A stretch of 64,000 bases of DNA, taken from Dehalococcoidia bacterium. GTDB lineage: Bacteria > Chloroflexota > Dehalococcoidia > SZUA-161 > SpSt-899. Positions within the stretch are counted from its first letter, which is position 1, and each line of letters opens with the position of its first letter. The position numbers and the translations under genes were made by a program. The notes below the pieces were generated by a model. That model saw only the letters and a list, made by a program, of their open reading frames with translations, was not told the DNA's origin and ran no database searches. Where the stretch lies: positions 201-64,200 of the forward strand of contig DAOTYO010000053.1 of the NCBI GenBank assembly GCA_034434815.1, given 5' to 3'. This document shows, piece after piece, positions 19,401-29,481 of this stretch.

Positions 19401-21734
19401 CTACCGGGAGGCAAGTGCCGCTTCCTTCGAGAGCCTCTCCTGTTCGAGTTTGAAAGCGGATATCGCCTCCTGAAGCATCGTTGCCATATCCTTCAAGGTC
19501 TGGGTGGAGACGATGATCTCGTCCACCTGAGCGCCCATCTCTTCGGCGGCCGCCGAAACCTGTTCGGTCGCGGCGCTGTTCTCTTCGGCGACACCGGCCA
19601 CACTTTCGATGGATTTGCCCACCTCCTCGCTGGTGGAGGCCATTTGCTGGGCGGCGGCGGTGTTCATCTCGGTGATGCTGCCCACACCGTCAATGATGGA
19701 TACGAGCTCATTGGTGGAAGCGCTGATCTGTTCGGCGCCGGCCGAGATCTGTTCGATCTGATTGCTGACGGCGGCGGTGGCCTTGAGGATATCTTCGAGC
19801 GCATCGCCGGCTTCACTGGCGAGGCGATAGCCATCCTTCACTTCCTGAGCCCCTTCTTGCATCGCCTTCACCGCCTCGGCAACGCCCTTCTGAATGTTCC
19901 GGATGAGATCGGCGATCTCCTTGGTGGCGGAGGCCGTCCGCTCCGCGAGTTTGCGCACTTCATCCGAAACGACGGCGAATCCTCGACCGTGCTCGCCCGC
20001 GCGGGCCGCCTCGATGGCGGCGTTCAGGGCCAAGAGATTCGTCTGCGCGGCGATATCGTCAATCACGGCCACGATCTTGCCGATCTCTTCGGATTGGGTT
20101 CCCAGCCGGGTAACCTTGGCGGAGGCATCGTCCACAGTGGCGGTGATGCGCTCCATGCCTTCGACGGTCTGGCGGGCCTTGTCCGCACCCTTCCCGGCCG
20201 CTTCTGCGGCCGTCTTGGAACCTTCGGCGGCGGCGTTGGCGCTCTTGGCCATGGCTTCCATGGAAGTGGAAATCTCGCTGATGGCGGACGAGGCCTTCCC
20301 GACGCCTTCGGCCTGATCACGTGAGCCCTGCGCCACTTGCTCGATGATCTGGGCCAGTTGCTGCATGATCTGGGCGGATTGCTGCGCGGTGGCGGCCTGA
20401 TCCCCTGCGCCCTTGGCCATCTCCTGAGCGGTGGAGGCGACTTGCTGGGTCGCTTGACCCGCCTGTTTGGCCGCCACGGCCAGTTGTTCGCTGGCGCGGG
20501 CCAGTTGGTTCGCACTTTCCTTGACCTTGCCCACGACCATGATCAGATTCTCGGTCATCTGGGCGAAGGCCCTCAGGAGATGATCTTCTTCCGACCGCGG
20601 CTGGACGCGAACGGTGAGATCGCCTTCCGCAATCCGAATGGCGATGGCCGTGACCGCATTGAGGGAGTCGATCAGCACATTGAGATTGTTGCGAATCTCG
20701 TTGAAATCGCCTTTGTATTCGGTGGTGATCTTCTCGGGGATGTCACCTTTGGAAATTCGATTGATATAAGCTGCGGCGGCTCTCAGCGGATTGATGACCG
20801 CGTCCAATGTATCGTTAAAGCCCTGGATCACCTTCTGATAGTCGCCCCGGTGCTTAGCGGCATCGGCGCGAACATCGAGCCTTCCTTCCGTGGCCGCCTC
20901 CGCCAGCATTCGCGCATCGGTGACCAGAGCACCGACCGCTTCGATGCAGCCGTTGAGGCCGTCGCGGATCTTGTTGAAATCGCCGTTGTAGTCCTCGGTG
21001 ATCTTGGCCGGGATCTCGCCGCTCGCGATCTTGCCGATGTATTCGATCGCCCGATTGATTGCGCCCACGAAGATATCGATCAGGGCGTTGATGCTTCGGA
21101 CGATCGTCTGATAGTTGCCCTCGAACTTGGCGATATCGGCGCGGGCGGTCAATTGGCCCGCCGCCGCCGCCTCCATGAGCTCCTGAATGCTATCGGCGAT
21201 CTGGGTTTCCTTGCTGATGTCCACGATGTATTCCAGTGCGCCGATGATGTTCCCCTCGGCATCTTTGAGCGGTGTGGCCGTGTACCGGATGCTCATCGGT
21301 CCGGAGGGAAGGCTGGCCTCGGTATCGCCGGTGAAGACCCCGTCTTCGCTCATCGCTTGGGCACACCGGCATTCCTTGGATTGGCAATGATAGGTCTGGA
21401 ACAGTTCATAGCACTTGTGCCCCACGATCTCGCTCGTGGCCTTGCCCAGCATCTTGGCCGTTTTGCGGTTGACGTAAGTGATGGTGAAATCCGTATCAAT
21501 GGCGACTACCGGCGTGGGCAGGGCATCGAGGTACATCCCTTTCTGTTTGGCTTCGCCGAGTTCAGCCCTGAGGGATTCGAGCTCCTTCTTGCATTTGGTT
21601 GCTCCCCCCTCGGTTGATTTTGGTGCCTTCGCCGGAGGCGCCTCAGCCGGCATGGCTTCGACATCCGTGATCTGTGGAGACGATAGTTTCTTCTTCGCTG
21701 GCATTGCTTCCTCCTTTGCCGTTTCTCCCACCAT
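19401..21734 (-). CDS. soluble methyl-accepting chemotaxis protein with N-terminal Cys-rich PAS domain and HAMP-like repeats
   Basis: 777 aa; no TM helix; PAS-like region containing [21 protein letters not shown]; repeated GDIPxKITxxYxGDFN HAMP-like units; C-terminal MCP signalling domain ([35 protein letters not shown]). Confidence 0.9.
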   Translation of the reverse strand: MVGETAKEEAMPAKKKLSSPQITDVEAMPAEAPPAKAPKSTEGGATKCKKELESLRAELGEAKQKGMYLDALPTPVVAIDTDFTITYVNRKTAKMLGKATSEIVGHKCYELFQTYHCQSKECRCAQAMSEDGVFTGDTEASLPSGPMSIRYTATPLKDAEGNIIGALEYIVDISKETQIADSIQELMEAAAAGQLTARADIAKFEGNYQTIVRSINALIDIFVGAINRAIEYIGKIASGEIPAKITEDYNGDFNKIRDGLNGCIEAVGALVTDARMLAEAATEGRLDVRADAAKHRGDYQKVIQGFNDTLDAVINPLRAAAAYINRISKGDIPEKITTEYKGDFNEIRNNLNVLIDSLNAVTAIAIRIAEGDLTVRVQPRSEEDHLLRAFAQMTENLIMVVGKVKESANQLARASEQLAVAAKQAGQATQQVASTAQEMAKGAGDQAATAQQSAQIMQQLAQIIEQVAQGSRDQAEGVGKASSAISEISTSMEAMAKSANAAAEGSKTAAEAAGKGADKARQTVEGMERITATVDDASAKVTRLGTQSEEIGKIVAVIDDIAAQTNLLALNAAIEAARAGEHGRGFAVVSDEVRKLAERTASATKEIADLIRNIQKGVAEAVKAMQEGAQEVKDGYRLASEAGDALEDILKATAAVSNQIEQISAGAEQISASTNELVSIIDGVGSITEMNTAAAQQMASTSEEVGKSIESVAGVAEENSAATEQVSAAAEEMGAQVDEIIVSTQTLKDMATMLQEAISAFKLEQERLSKEAALASR

Positions 21735-22165
21735 AAACGGGCGGTCTAGAATGCGTTAAGGATTTCCGAACTCAAGCTCCCTTTCCCTTGGAAAAACCAC
21801 CTCCCCCGGTGGGCTGTCCGCCTTCGTTGGATGGCGGATTTGAGCCCTCCATGGCAAAACGGGGGCCCATGTCCCCCCTTTACTTTGAAACTGCGAGCAG
21901 TGCTTATCACTCCTTGCCTCGATGGCTCGGATAGTCTGATACTAGCACGCACCCCGATGGGCAAAAACTAAGGTGTCACCAATCTTTTCTGAGGGGCAAC
22001 CCTCAAAAGGTCTTTTCAGATATTGAAGGGGGGCGGGATTCGCTTTACCGGCTAAGGCCCCGCGCCGGCGAAGACCAAAAATGAGGGATAACCCCTCCAC
22101 GAAATGCGTATCAGCCCACTATTGCTTTCCGGACGAAGGTGACAAACTGAAGGCAGGTTTTCAAT

Positions 22166-23272
22166 ATGGCGAAGGGCAAAGGAAAAACCACGGAGATCGA
22201 ATTTGCGGCCTCCGATTCGATCGGTGAGGCGGTATCCCCGGCGGTTGAAGGTGAAGCTCAGTCCGATGCGATCGTCTGGACGGATACGCGCAGACGGATT
22301 CTCGATTGCAATCGGGCCGCGGAGCGCATCTGGGGCTCGATCGCCGGGAGCCTGAGGGGGCGGGACATCGGATTCCTTTTTGAAGGAGAAGTCCCGCAGA
22401 CCGGTCAGAGCCACTGCCGGGTGAAGGCGGCGGATGGGGGGAGTGTGGAGGGTTCCGTTGCCGTATCGGTGGTGCGGGATGGGCGTCGGAATCCCACCGG
22501 GTTCGTGTTCCGTTTTCATCCGGACGACGTGTCACCGGCGGTGGATGAGGGGTGGAATGAAGCCCTCGATGGGCTCGTGCGGGAGGAGAAACTCGCGGTG
22601 ATGGCGGAGGTCACTTCGAAGATCGCTCACGATGTGAGCAGCCCTCTTACCGCGATCTCTGGATACGCGCAGGTGATCATGGAAAGCGTGGGCGATGCGG
22701 AGATCAAGGAGGGATTGGGGATTATTCAGAAGGAAGCCAAACGGGTCTATACCATAATTCAAGATATTTCCTCCCACATTCGTGAACGCCGCGCTGAGAG
22801 AAAGGAACGGGTCTCTTTGAACACGTGCATCGAGTCGGTGTTGAAGCTCCATCGCCGGCGATTGGAAGGGAAGGGAATTCGTGTGATCACGGAACTAGAC
22901 CCCGATCTCCCGGAAGTAATAGCGGATGCCCGGCAGATGCAGATCGTGCTTTCGAATCTCATCCGCAATGCCGGGGAGGCGATGGCGGGGTGCGGGGGGG
23001 AGGGAAGACTCACCATCCGGAGCGGCGCATGCGATGGGCATGTGGTCATATCGGTGGCGGATAGCGGGCCCGGGATCGGGGAGGCGGTCATGGAAAGGCT
23101 CTTCGAGCCGTTTTCCGATGCGAAGGAAGGCGGTGGAGGGCTTGGTATGGGGTTGGCCGTCTGCCGGCGGATCATCCGCAGCCATGGCGGGCGCATCTCT
23201 GCGGAGAACTCCAACGGTGCCGGGGCGGTCGTAACGATCGAGTTGACCGCGCTCGCGGCCGATGAGGATTGA
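22166..23272 (+). CDS. sensor histidine kinase (PAS-like N-terminus, HisKA, HATPase_c)
   Basis: 368 aa; H-box KIAHDVSSPLTAISGYAQ; N, G1, G2 boxes (LIRNAGEAM; DSGPGIG; GGGLGMGLAV). Confidence 0.85.
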   Translation: MAKGKGKTTEIEFAASDSIGEAVSPAVEGEAQSDAIVWTDTRRRILDCNRAAERIWGSIAGSLRGRDIGFLFEGEVPQTGQSHCRVKAADGGSVEGSVAVSVVRDGRRNPTGFVFRFHPDDVSPAVDEGWNEALDGLVREEKLAVMAEVTSKIAHDVSSPLTAISGYAQVIMESVGDAEIKEGLGIIQKEAKRVYTIIQDISSHIRERRAERKERVSLNTCIESVLKLHRRRLEGKGIRVITELDPDLPEVIADARQMQIVLSNLIRNAGEAMAGCGGEGRLTIRSGACDGHVVISVADSGPGIGEAVMERLFEPFSDAKEGGGGLGMGLAVCRRIIRSHGGRISAENSNGAGAVVTIELTALAADED

Positions 23273-23340
23273 ATCTCCGGACTGCGAGTGCCGGCCGTTT
23301 ATCGGAAGAAGTCGAGAAACGAACGAGGGAGAAGCAAGAA

Positions 23341-23751
23341 ATGGGCACATCGGATCGGCAACCGACGGTGTTGGTGGTGGACGATGAGCAATCCGTGCGC
23401 GATGTGATCTACCGGTATCTGAGCAAACGGGGATACGATGTGTTGACTACCCGCAATGGGCGGGAAGCATTGCTCCTCGGCGCTCACGGCAACTTCGATG
23501 TCATTCTCCTCGATATCCACATGCCCGGGATGAACGGCCTCGAGGTTCTGCATCAGCTCAAGCAGAAGTATCCCGAGTGCGTGGTGATCATGCTGACCGG
23601 TGTGGCGGATCCGGAATCGTCCATCGAATCGGCAGCGATGGGGATGGGGGCGGCGATATTCTTGAAGAAACCGTGCCCGCTCGCCGAGGTGGAACGGGCC
23701 ATCGAAGAAGCGTTGGGGCGGGGTCGGAGCTGCGCGGGGGAAGCCAACTAG
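23341..23751 (+). CDS. single-domain response regulator (receiver)
   Basis: Start at MGTSDRQPTVLVVDDEQ with GAGGGAG upstream; conserved Asp (LLDIHMPGMNG) and Lys (KKP). Confidence 0.85.
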   Translation: MGTSDRQPTVLVVDDEQSVRDVIYRYLSKRGYDVLTTRNGREALLLGAHGNFDVILLDIHMPGMNGLEVLHQLKQKYPECVVIMLTGVADPESSIESAAMGMGAAIFLKKPCPLAEVERAIEEALGRGRSCAGEAN

Positions 23752-23805
23752 TCACGCGCGCTCTTGCGATCTTGGGGGGAGCGGCTCCCGGATCACAGAA
23801 AGTGG

Positions 23806-23850
23806 AAGGGGGGCGCCGTCATTTAAATGACGGCGCCCCCCTTTGTTTGC
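23806..23850. terminator. rho-independent terminator (bidirectional) between convergent genes
   Basis: Perfect 17-bp inverted repeat GGGGGGCGCCGTCATTT/AAATGACGGCGCCCCCC followed by TTTGTTTG; located between 23751(+) and 23910(-) gene ends. Confidence 0.7.
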
Positions 23851-23909
23851 TCGAGGGGAAGCTCGGTGAGGTTGTCGGGAGACGACCGTGGGGGATGAAG
23901 GGCACTGAT

Positions 23910-24602
23910 TCACAGTGGGTGTGATTGCTTATGCCCCGGGAAGGGGATCGGGCCGTTTTCTATCCTGTGGCATTCATCGGTGAGGGATTTGAACAGCCCT
24001 ATCGTGTGGACGATCTTATCCGCGATCTCCTCGGGCGGAAGGACGAAATCCACCATTCCCGTATCTATCGCCGCTTTGGGCATGCCGAAGACGGTGCTGC
24101 TCGCCTCATCCTGTGCCAGCGTAATGGCTCCGAGTTTCTTGATGTGACGGATGCCCCTTGCGCCATCCGCACCCATGCCCGTGAGAATGACCCCGATCAC
24201 GTTGAGCTTGGGTACGGGGGAAACAGATTTCATGAGAACATCGATCGAAGGGCGAACATAGTTCACCTTTTCCCCTTCGATGAGATTGATCCGCTCGTTG
24301 TCCTTGAGCACCATGTGGAGGTCGCTCGGGGCGATCAAGATCGTGCCGTTCTCGATCGGCATGCCATCGGCCGCCAAGCAAACTTTCATCGGCGTGACCA
24401 TGGAGATGGATTTGGTGACCGAGGTGTTGATGTACCTTGGCATGTGGAGAACGATAAGGATGCAAGCGGGGACCATGGCAATCTTGGAGATCACTCGCCG
24501 CACCGTCTGGGGGCCGCCGGTCGATGCCCCGATAATGACAATGGTGTTACACTCTGCCATCTCTGTCTTTCCGAAAATAGATCCCCGATGATGCTCCGCC
24601 AA
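23910..24602 (-). CDS. CheB-type methylesterase catalytic domain protein lacking a receiver domain
   Basis: 230 aa; IVIIGASTGGPQ, HMP, GMGADG motifs of the CheB esterase domain; no N-terminal REC. Confidence 0.75.
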   Translation of the reverse strand: MAEHHRGSIFGKTEMAECNTIVIIGASTGGPQTVRRVISKIAMVPACILIVLHMPRYINTSVTKSISMVTPMKVCLAADGMPIENGTILIAPSDLHMVLKDNERINLIEGEKVNYVRPSIDVLMKSVSPVPKLNVIGVILTGMGADGARGIRHIKKLGAITLAQDEASSTVFGMPKAAIDTGMVDFVLPPEEIADKIVHTIGLFKSLTDECHRIENGPIPFPGHKQSHPL

Positions 24603-24654
24603 CCCCTACTTTTACCCGAAATCGGTGGTAAAGGTCAAGACGTCTCACCGAGCC

Positions 24655-24864
24655 AAAAAGAGCAATTCCGCTTTGGAGCCTTCACCCTCAGGTGAATAAC
24701 CATCCGATTACCTCATTCCGAACCTTGTCCCGGATTCTCCCTCACCCCATGAACGATCCGGCTTCTCCGATCCCACCCGCCCGCCCAAAAAGTTTTTTGG
24801 GGGACACCCCCAATCCCCCCGGCGGAGAGGTGTCTCTATACTCCCTTCTTCAATCGCTCTTTTG
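24655..24864 (+). repeat. copy B of the ~205-bp repeat family
   Basis: Same hairpin start (TTGGAGCCTTCACCCTCAGGTGAA), CACCCCATGAACGATCCGGCTTCTCCGATCCCA core and TTCTTCAATCGCTCTTTTGG end as copy A. Confidence 0.75.
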
Positions 24865-24984
24865 GAGACCGATTCGGTCTTCTTTGCATGGGTTCCTTTA
24901 TTCCAGCATTCAGAATCGGGCTTTGAGTTTATTCCAATATCCCTTGCTGAACCGGCGAGAAGAGCATCCGGGAGGGTCGGTCCG

Positions 24985-25392
24985 TTAAACGCTGCCCTTT
25001 TCTTTGGTTGAATCCGCTTCCTCCAAGAACTGGCAGTACTCGCCCACGATCGCCACCAGCTCGGCTGGTTCGAACGGCTTGCGAATGTAGTGAAGGACGT
25101 TCTCGGTCAGTTGCTCCAGATCCGGGTCCGGCTCGTGTTTGGCCGTGAGCATCATGATGACGATCCCTTTATCGAGCTTCCGTCTCGTGATCTCTCTGAC
25201 CGTCTCCCAGCCGTCCATGCCGGCCATCATGATATCGAGAAGGATAACCCCTCTAAAACCCTTCTCCAATTCTTCGAGGCATTTTTCTCCGCTCTCCACA
25301 GGGAGAACTTTGAATCCTCGAGGCTCCAAGACGGCCCTCACGGTGATGCGGATATCACGTTCATCGTCAACGATCATAACGTTCCTTGCCAT
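24985..25392 (-). CDS. single-domain response regulator (receiver)
   Basis: Start at MARNVMIVDDERD (GAAGGAGA RBS); conserved D (LLDIMMAGMDG), T (MLT) and K (RKPF); the upstream 140 codons of the ORF track lie in the repeat and are unlikely to be coding. Confidence 0.85.
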   Translation of the reverse strand: MARNVMIVDDERDIRITVRAVLEPRGFKVLPVESGEKCLEELEKGFRGVILLDIMMAGMDGWETVREITRRKLDKGIVIMMLTAKHEPDPDLEQLTENVLHYIRKPFEPAELVAIVGEYCQFLEEADSTKEKGSV

Positions 25393-25528
25393 GGCGGTCT
25401 CCTTCTCGGTCGCGTGACTCGAACCCGGGCATACCGATTCCTCCCTTTCGGTTGAGGGGGGCATTCCCATGGTATCAGTCAGCGCTGTACCGGATGAACG
25501 GTGCGAGCATGCATAAGTTTCTTCATGT

Positions 25529-26722
25529 TTACCCCCATCCATCGCCGCGACGGTGTCGCTTCTCATGCCCTCGGCTTCCCGGCGCGGAGGATGACTCCCC
25601 TCGTTTACGGGCCGCATCGGATGGATTTGACGCCCGCGGTTTCTTGGGTCGCGATCGGGGTTTCTCTCCGGCGGGCCGGTGCCCTTCCGCCGATCGGGCG
25701 CGAAGCTGACCGCACCCCGCCTCGATATCGAGTCCCCGCCGCAGACGGACCGTGTTGGCCACATGGTGGCGGGCCAGCAGTTCGCTGAAAGCTTCGACTC
25801 TGGCCCTCGGCGGGGCACGGAAGTCGGAGTAATCGGACGGGTTGACCGGAATCAAGTTGACATAACAATTGATGCCCCGCAACAGATTGCCGAGCTCGAT
25901 CGCGTGTTGCGGCGAATCGTTCACATCCTTGATGAGAACGTACTCGAAGGTGATCCGGCGGTGCGTAGCCTCGTAGTATTGCTGACATGCCGGGATCAGC
26001 TTCTCGATCGGATACATCCGGTTCGGGGGGACGAGCTTATCGCGAAGCGCGTTGTTCGGGGCATGGAGCGAAACCGCCAGATTCACCTGAAGCTTCTCCT
26101 GAGCCAACCGTTTGATCCCGGGGACGATCCCGCTCGTGGAGATGGTGATCCGGCGGGCCCCCAGACCCAAGAGATCGGGGGAGACGAGCGATTCGATTGC
26201 CCGCCATACGGCATCGAAGTTCACCAGCGGCTCACCCATCCCCATGAACACCACGTTGGTCACCGCATTCTCGGCGGCCCGCAGGCGGCGGGAAAAGAAG
26301 AGCACCTGATCTATGATCTCGGCCGCCGTGAGGTTCCGTTCGAATCCGCACGCCCCCGTCGTACACAACGGACAGCCGAAGGCGCATCCCACCTGGGAAG
26401 AGACACACACCGTCCGACGCTTTTCATAGAACATGAGCACCGACTCGATGGTGCGCCCATCTTCGAGCCGAAACAGCACCTTGGTGCTGTTTCGACCGCG
26501 GGAGGTGACTTCCTTTACCGGTGCGAGCGATTGGAAAAGGAACTCCCCGGCCAGACGCTCACGCAAGGCCAGAGAGAGATTGGTCATTTCCGCAAACCCC
26601 TGAACGGGTTTCCGGTAGACCCAGTCGGCGATTTGCTTGGCCCGATACGCCGGCTCGCCCCATGCGGCAAGGACGCCTTCAAGTTCCTTTAAGGTGAGTC
26701 CGGTGATGGGAATCTTGGGCAT
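25529..26722 (-). CDS. rlmN: 23S rRNA/tRNA adenine-C2 methyltransferase RlmN (radical SAM)
   Basis: Start at MPKIPITG; Cys motif CVSSQVGCAFGCPLCTTG (CxxxCxxC radical-SAM cluster plus conserved upstream Cys); unusually basic C-terminal tail. Confidence 0.85.
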   Translation of the reverse strand: MPKIPITGLTLKELEGVLAAWGEPAYRAKQIADWVYRKPVQGFAEMTNLSLALRERLAGEFLFQSLAPVKEVTSRGRNSTKVLFRLEDGRTIESVLMFYEKRRTVCVSSQVGCAFGCPLCTTGACGFERNLTAAEIIDQVLFFSRRLRAAENAVTNVVFMGMGEPLVNFDAVWRAIESLVSPDLLGLGARRITISTSGIVPGIKRLAQEKLQVNLAVSLHAPNNALRDKLVPPNRMYPIEKLIPACQQYYEATHRRITFEYVLIKDVNDSPQHAIELGNLLRGINCYVNLIPVNPSDYSDFRAPPRARVEAFSELLARHHVANTVRLRRGLDIEAGCGQLRARSAEGHRPAGEKPRSRPKKPRASNPSDAARKRGESSSAPGSRGHEKRHRRGDGWG

Positions 26723-26778
26723 GATCCGAGCCTTCTCGATAGGATGACCTTCCGCCGGCCGCGCCCGACCGGCCTCGC

Positions 26779-28116
26779 TTAGAATCCCAGTTGATAGCTT
26801 CCGCCCGGCGGCAAAACCTCGAACGGTTCGCCGGCGAGCTTCGCCATAAGGCACTTCTTCAGCTCCGGGACCGGAACTCGAATCTGCCGCTGGGTATCTC
26901 GATCCCGAACGGTCACCTGATTGTCCTCGAGGGACTTGAAATCCACCGTTACGCAGAACGGCGTGCCGATCTCGTCTTGCCGGCGGTACCGTTTTCCGAT
27001 GCTCTGGGCGTCGTCGTACTGGGTCATGAATTCCCGGCGAAGGTCGGCATAGATGGCTCTGGCCATCGGGATGAGGGTCTCTTTACGGCTCAGCGGAAGC
27101 ACCGCTGCCTTCACCGGTGCCAATTTCGGATGGAAGTGCAGAACAACCCGCAGATCCTCTTTCTCGTCGAGTTCCTCGGCGTAGGCATCGGCGAGAAAGG
27201 CCAGCGTGGCGCGATCGGCCCCGGCCGAGGGCTCGATCACGTAAGGGATGTAATGCGATTGCGTCTCCTCGTCGAAGTAACTGAGGTTCTGACCGCTGTG
27301 CTTCGCATGCTGAGTGAGATCGAAATCGCCCCGGTTGGCGATTCCCTCGAGCTCCGACCATCCGATCGGAAAGAGGTATTCGATATCGCTGCAAGCCCGG
27401 GCATAGTGGGCCAACTCCTCGCGCTCATGGGGGCGCAGCCGGAGGTTCTCCTTCCGGATGCCAAGGTTCACGTACCAATCGAAGCGCTCCGCAACCCAGT
27501 GTTCGAACCACTGTTGATCCGTTCCCGGCTTGACGAAATACTCGATCTCCATTTGTTCGAACTCGCGCGTGCGGAAGGTAAAATTCCCCGGCGTGATCTC
27601 GTTCCGGAACGCCTTCCCGATCTGAGCGATCCCGAAGGGCAGTTTCCGGCGGGTGGCGTTCAGCACGTTGGGGAAGTTGACGAAGATCCCCTGCGCCGTC
27701 TCCGGCCGGAGGTACACCTGAGATGCCTCGTCCTCCACGGGGCCCATGAAGGTGCGGAACATGAGGTTGAACATGCGGGCCTCGGTGAGTTCGCCGCCGC
27801 ATTCGGGGCACACGGTTGTCTTGAGGTGATCGGCGCGGAACCGTTGCTTGCATGCCTTGCAATCGACCAGCGGATCGGCGAAGGTGCTCACGTGTCCGCT
27901 CGCCACCCAGACCTGCGGGTGCATCAAGATGGCGGAGTCGAGCCCCACCATATCATCTCTCTCCCTCACCACCGCTTGCCACCATGCCGCTTTGACGTTG
28001 TTCTTGAGTTCGACACCGAGTGGCCCGTAATCCCATGTCGACGAAAGGCCTCCGTAGATCTCGCTCGATTGAAAGATGAATCCCCGCCGCTTGCACAGCG
28101 AGACGAGCTTATCCAT
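26779..28116 (-). CDS. glyQS: glycine--tRNA ligase (alpha2 homodimeric type)
   Basis: Start at [23 protein letters not shown] (canonical GlyRS N-terminus); class II synthetase motifs; ~445 aa. Confidence 0.9.
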   Translation of the reverse strand: MDKLVSLCKRRGFIFQSSEIYGGLSSTWDYGPLGVELKNNVKAAWWQAVVRERDDMVGLDSAILMHPQVWVASGHVSTFADPLVDCKACKQRFRADHLKTTVCPECGGELTEARMFNLMFRTFMGPVEDEASQVYLRPETAQGIFVNFPNVLNATRRKLPFGIAQIGKAFRNEITPGNFTFRTREFEQMEIEYFVKPGTDQQWFEHWVAERFDWYVNLGIRKENLRLRPHEREELAHYARACSDIEYLFPIGWSELEGIANRGDFDLTQHAKHSGQNLSYFDEETQSHYIPYVIEPSAGADRATLAFLADAYAEELDEKEDLRVVLHFHPKLAPVKAAVLPLSRKETLIPMARAIYADLRREFMTQYDDAQSIGKRYRRQDEIGTPFCVTVDFKSLEDNQVTVRDRDTQRQIRVPVPELKKCLMAKLAGEPFEVLPPGGSYQLGF

Positions 28117-28261
28117 CGTGACCGGTTCGGGTGTTGCTCTGGCCAAGGTCAATCCTCCGTGAAGCGGGCTTTGTGCCCCATAAAGATTATCAGTTTTGGC
28201 AGGGGGTGTCAAAAGAGCGCCTTGGGGGAAACGGTGGTCGCATCGGGAAACGGGAAAAGCT

Positions 28262-29461
28262 TTAGATCACCCCCCGGCGGCGGAACGATTCGATCTCGTC
28301 TCGGGAGTAGCCCGCTTCCGAAAGGATCTCTTCGGTATCGGCGCCGGGAGGTTTGGGGAGCCGGCGCACGCTCGGCGGCGTCTCGGAGAACTTGATCCCG
28401 AATCCAATCTGTTTCACCTTTCCGAACTTGGGGTGATCGAGCTCCAGAATCATGCCCCGGGAGAGCGCGTGCGGATCGGTGAAGACTTCGTCAAGCCTCA
28501 GAACCTTCCCCACCCCCACATCGGCCGGGCCCAAAAGAGCGAACCACTCATCCCTCGTCCGAGTGAGGAAGATCGCGGTCAATTGCGCCCGGAGGTATTC
28601 TTGCTTTGCGGGATCGTATTGAAGCGGGATCAGGTCCTCTCGACCCAGTGCGCGGCACAGGTTCCGCCAGAATTTGGGCTCGACGGGAGTGATCGTGATG
28701 TACTTGCCGTCACGGGTCTTATAGGTAGCGTAGTACGGCTTCCGGCCGCTGGCCAGCATTTCGCCGCGGCGGGGGATCTTGCCATCGGCAAGAAAGCTGT
28801 GGGCGCCGGTGATCATGGGGAGGAGCGAGACCACTCCGTCCATGAGGGAGATATCCACCATCTGTCCCCGGCCAGTGCGTTCGCGGGCCCACAGGGCGGC
28901 GAGGATTCCCACCGTGGCCTCCATCCACCCGATGGCCAGATCGGCTACGAAGGTCTGCGGGATGACCGGCGGGGCCTCCTCGCTTTCCCCGATGAGCGCT
29001 TGAGCGCCGCCCATGGCGGTGAAGACGGCATCGTGACCGGGCATATCTTTGTACGGACCCGTCTGCCCGAATCCGGTGACGGCACAGTAGATGAGTCCGG
29101 GATTGATCTTCGAAAGGACCTCGTACCCGAGGTTCATCCGATCCATCACGCCGGGGCGGAATCCCTCAATGAGCACATCGGCCGTTCGGACGATTCTCCG
29201 GAAAATGTCCTGACCGGTCTCGCTCTTCAAATCGAGGGCCAGATTTCTCTTGTTGCGGAACATGGGGGAGTGTGCGAGCAACCGCTCGCCCGCTTCACCC
29301 GGGGGGAAATAGGAGATGCCGCTGCCGACCCCTCCCTCGCCGGTGGTCATGTCCACGCGGATGACATCGGCGCCGAGGTCTCCCAACATCATGGCGGCCA
29401 TGGCGCCGGGGCCCAGTCCCCCTATATCCAGTACCCTGATTTCATCGAGAGGCAAGGCCAT
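28262..29461 (-). CDS. family III CoA-transferase (CaiB/BaiF family)
   Basis: 399 aa; N-terminal LxGxRVLDxxxxxAGPxAxxxLADLGAxVIKxE-type motif ([30 protein letters not shown]) and conserved Asp region. Confidence 0.85.
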   Translation of the reverse strand: MALPLDEIRVLDIGGLGPGAMAAMMLGDLGADVIRVDMTTGEGGVGSGISYFPPGEAGERLLAHSPMFRNKRNLALDLKSETGQDIFRRIVRTADVLIEGFRPGVMDRMNLGYEVLSKINPGLIYCAVTGFGQTGPYKDMPGHDAVFTAMGGAQALIGESEEAPPVIPQTFVADLAIGWMEATVGILAALWARERTGRGQMVDISLMDGVVSLLPMITGAHSFLADGKIPRRGEMLASGRKPYYATYKTRDGKYITITPVEPKFWRNLCRALGREDLIPLQYDPAKQEYLRAQLTAIFLTRTRDEWFALLGPADVGVGKVLRLDEVFTDPHALSRGMILELDHPKFGKVKQIGFGIKFSETPPSVRRLPKPPGADTEEILSEAGYSRDEIESFRRRGVI

Positions 29462-29481
29462 CGGTGTTTACCTCCGTCTCT

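Noticed and set aside
24692-24988. ORFs translated across the ~205-bp repeat copies (6697-6954, 24692-24988, 49741-50019, 49865-50071, 50068-50259) sharing MNDPASPIP / IPLWSLHP peptides
   Set aside because: The shared peptides are just the repeat DNA read in one frame; copy B is frameshifted relative to A and C; sequences are Pro-rich low complexity without start signals, so they are listed as repeats rather than genes.
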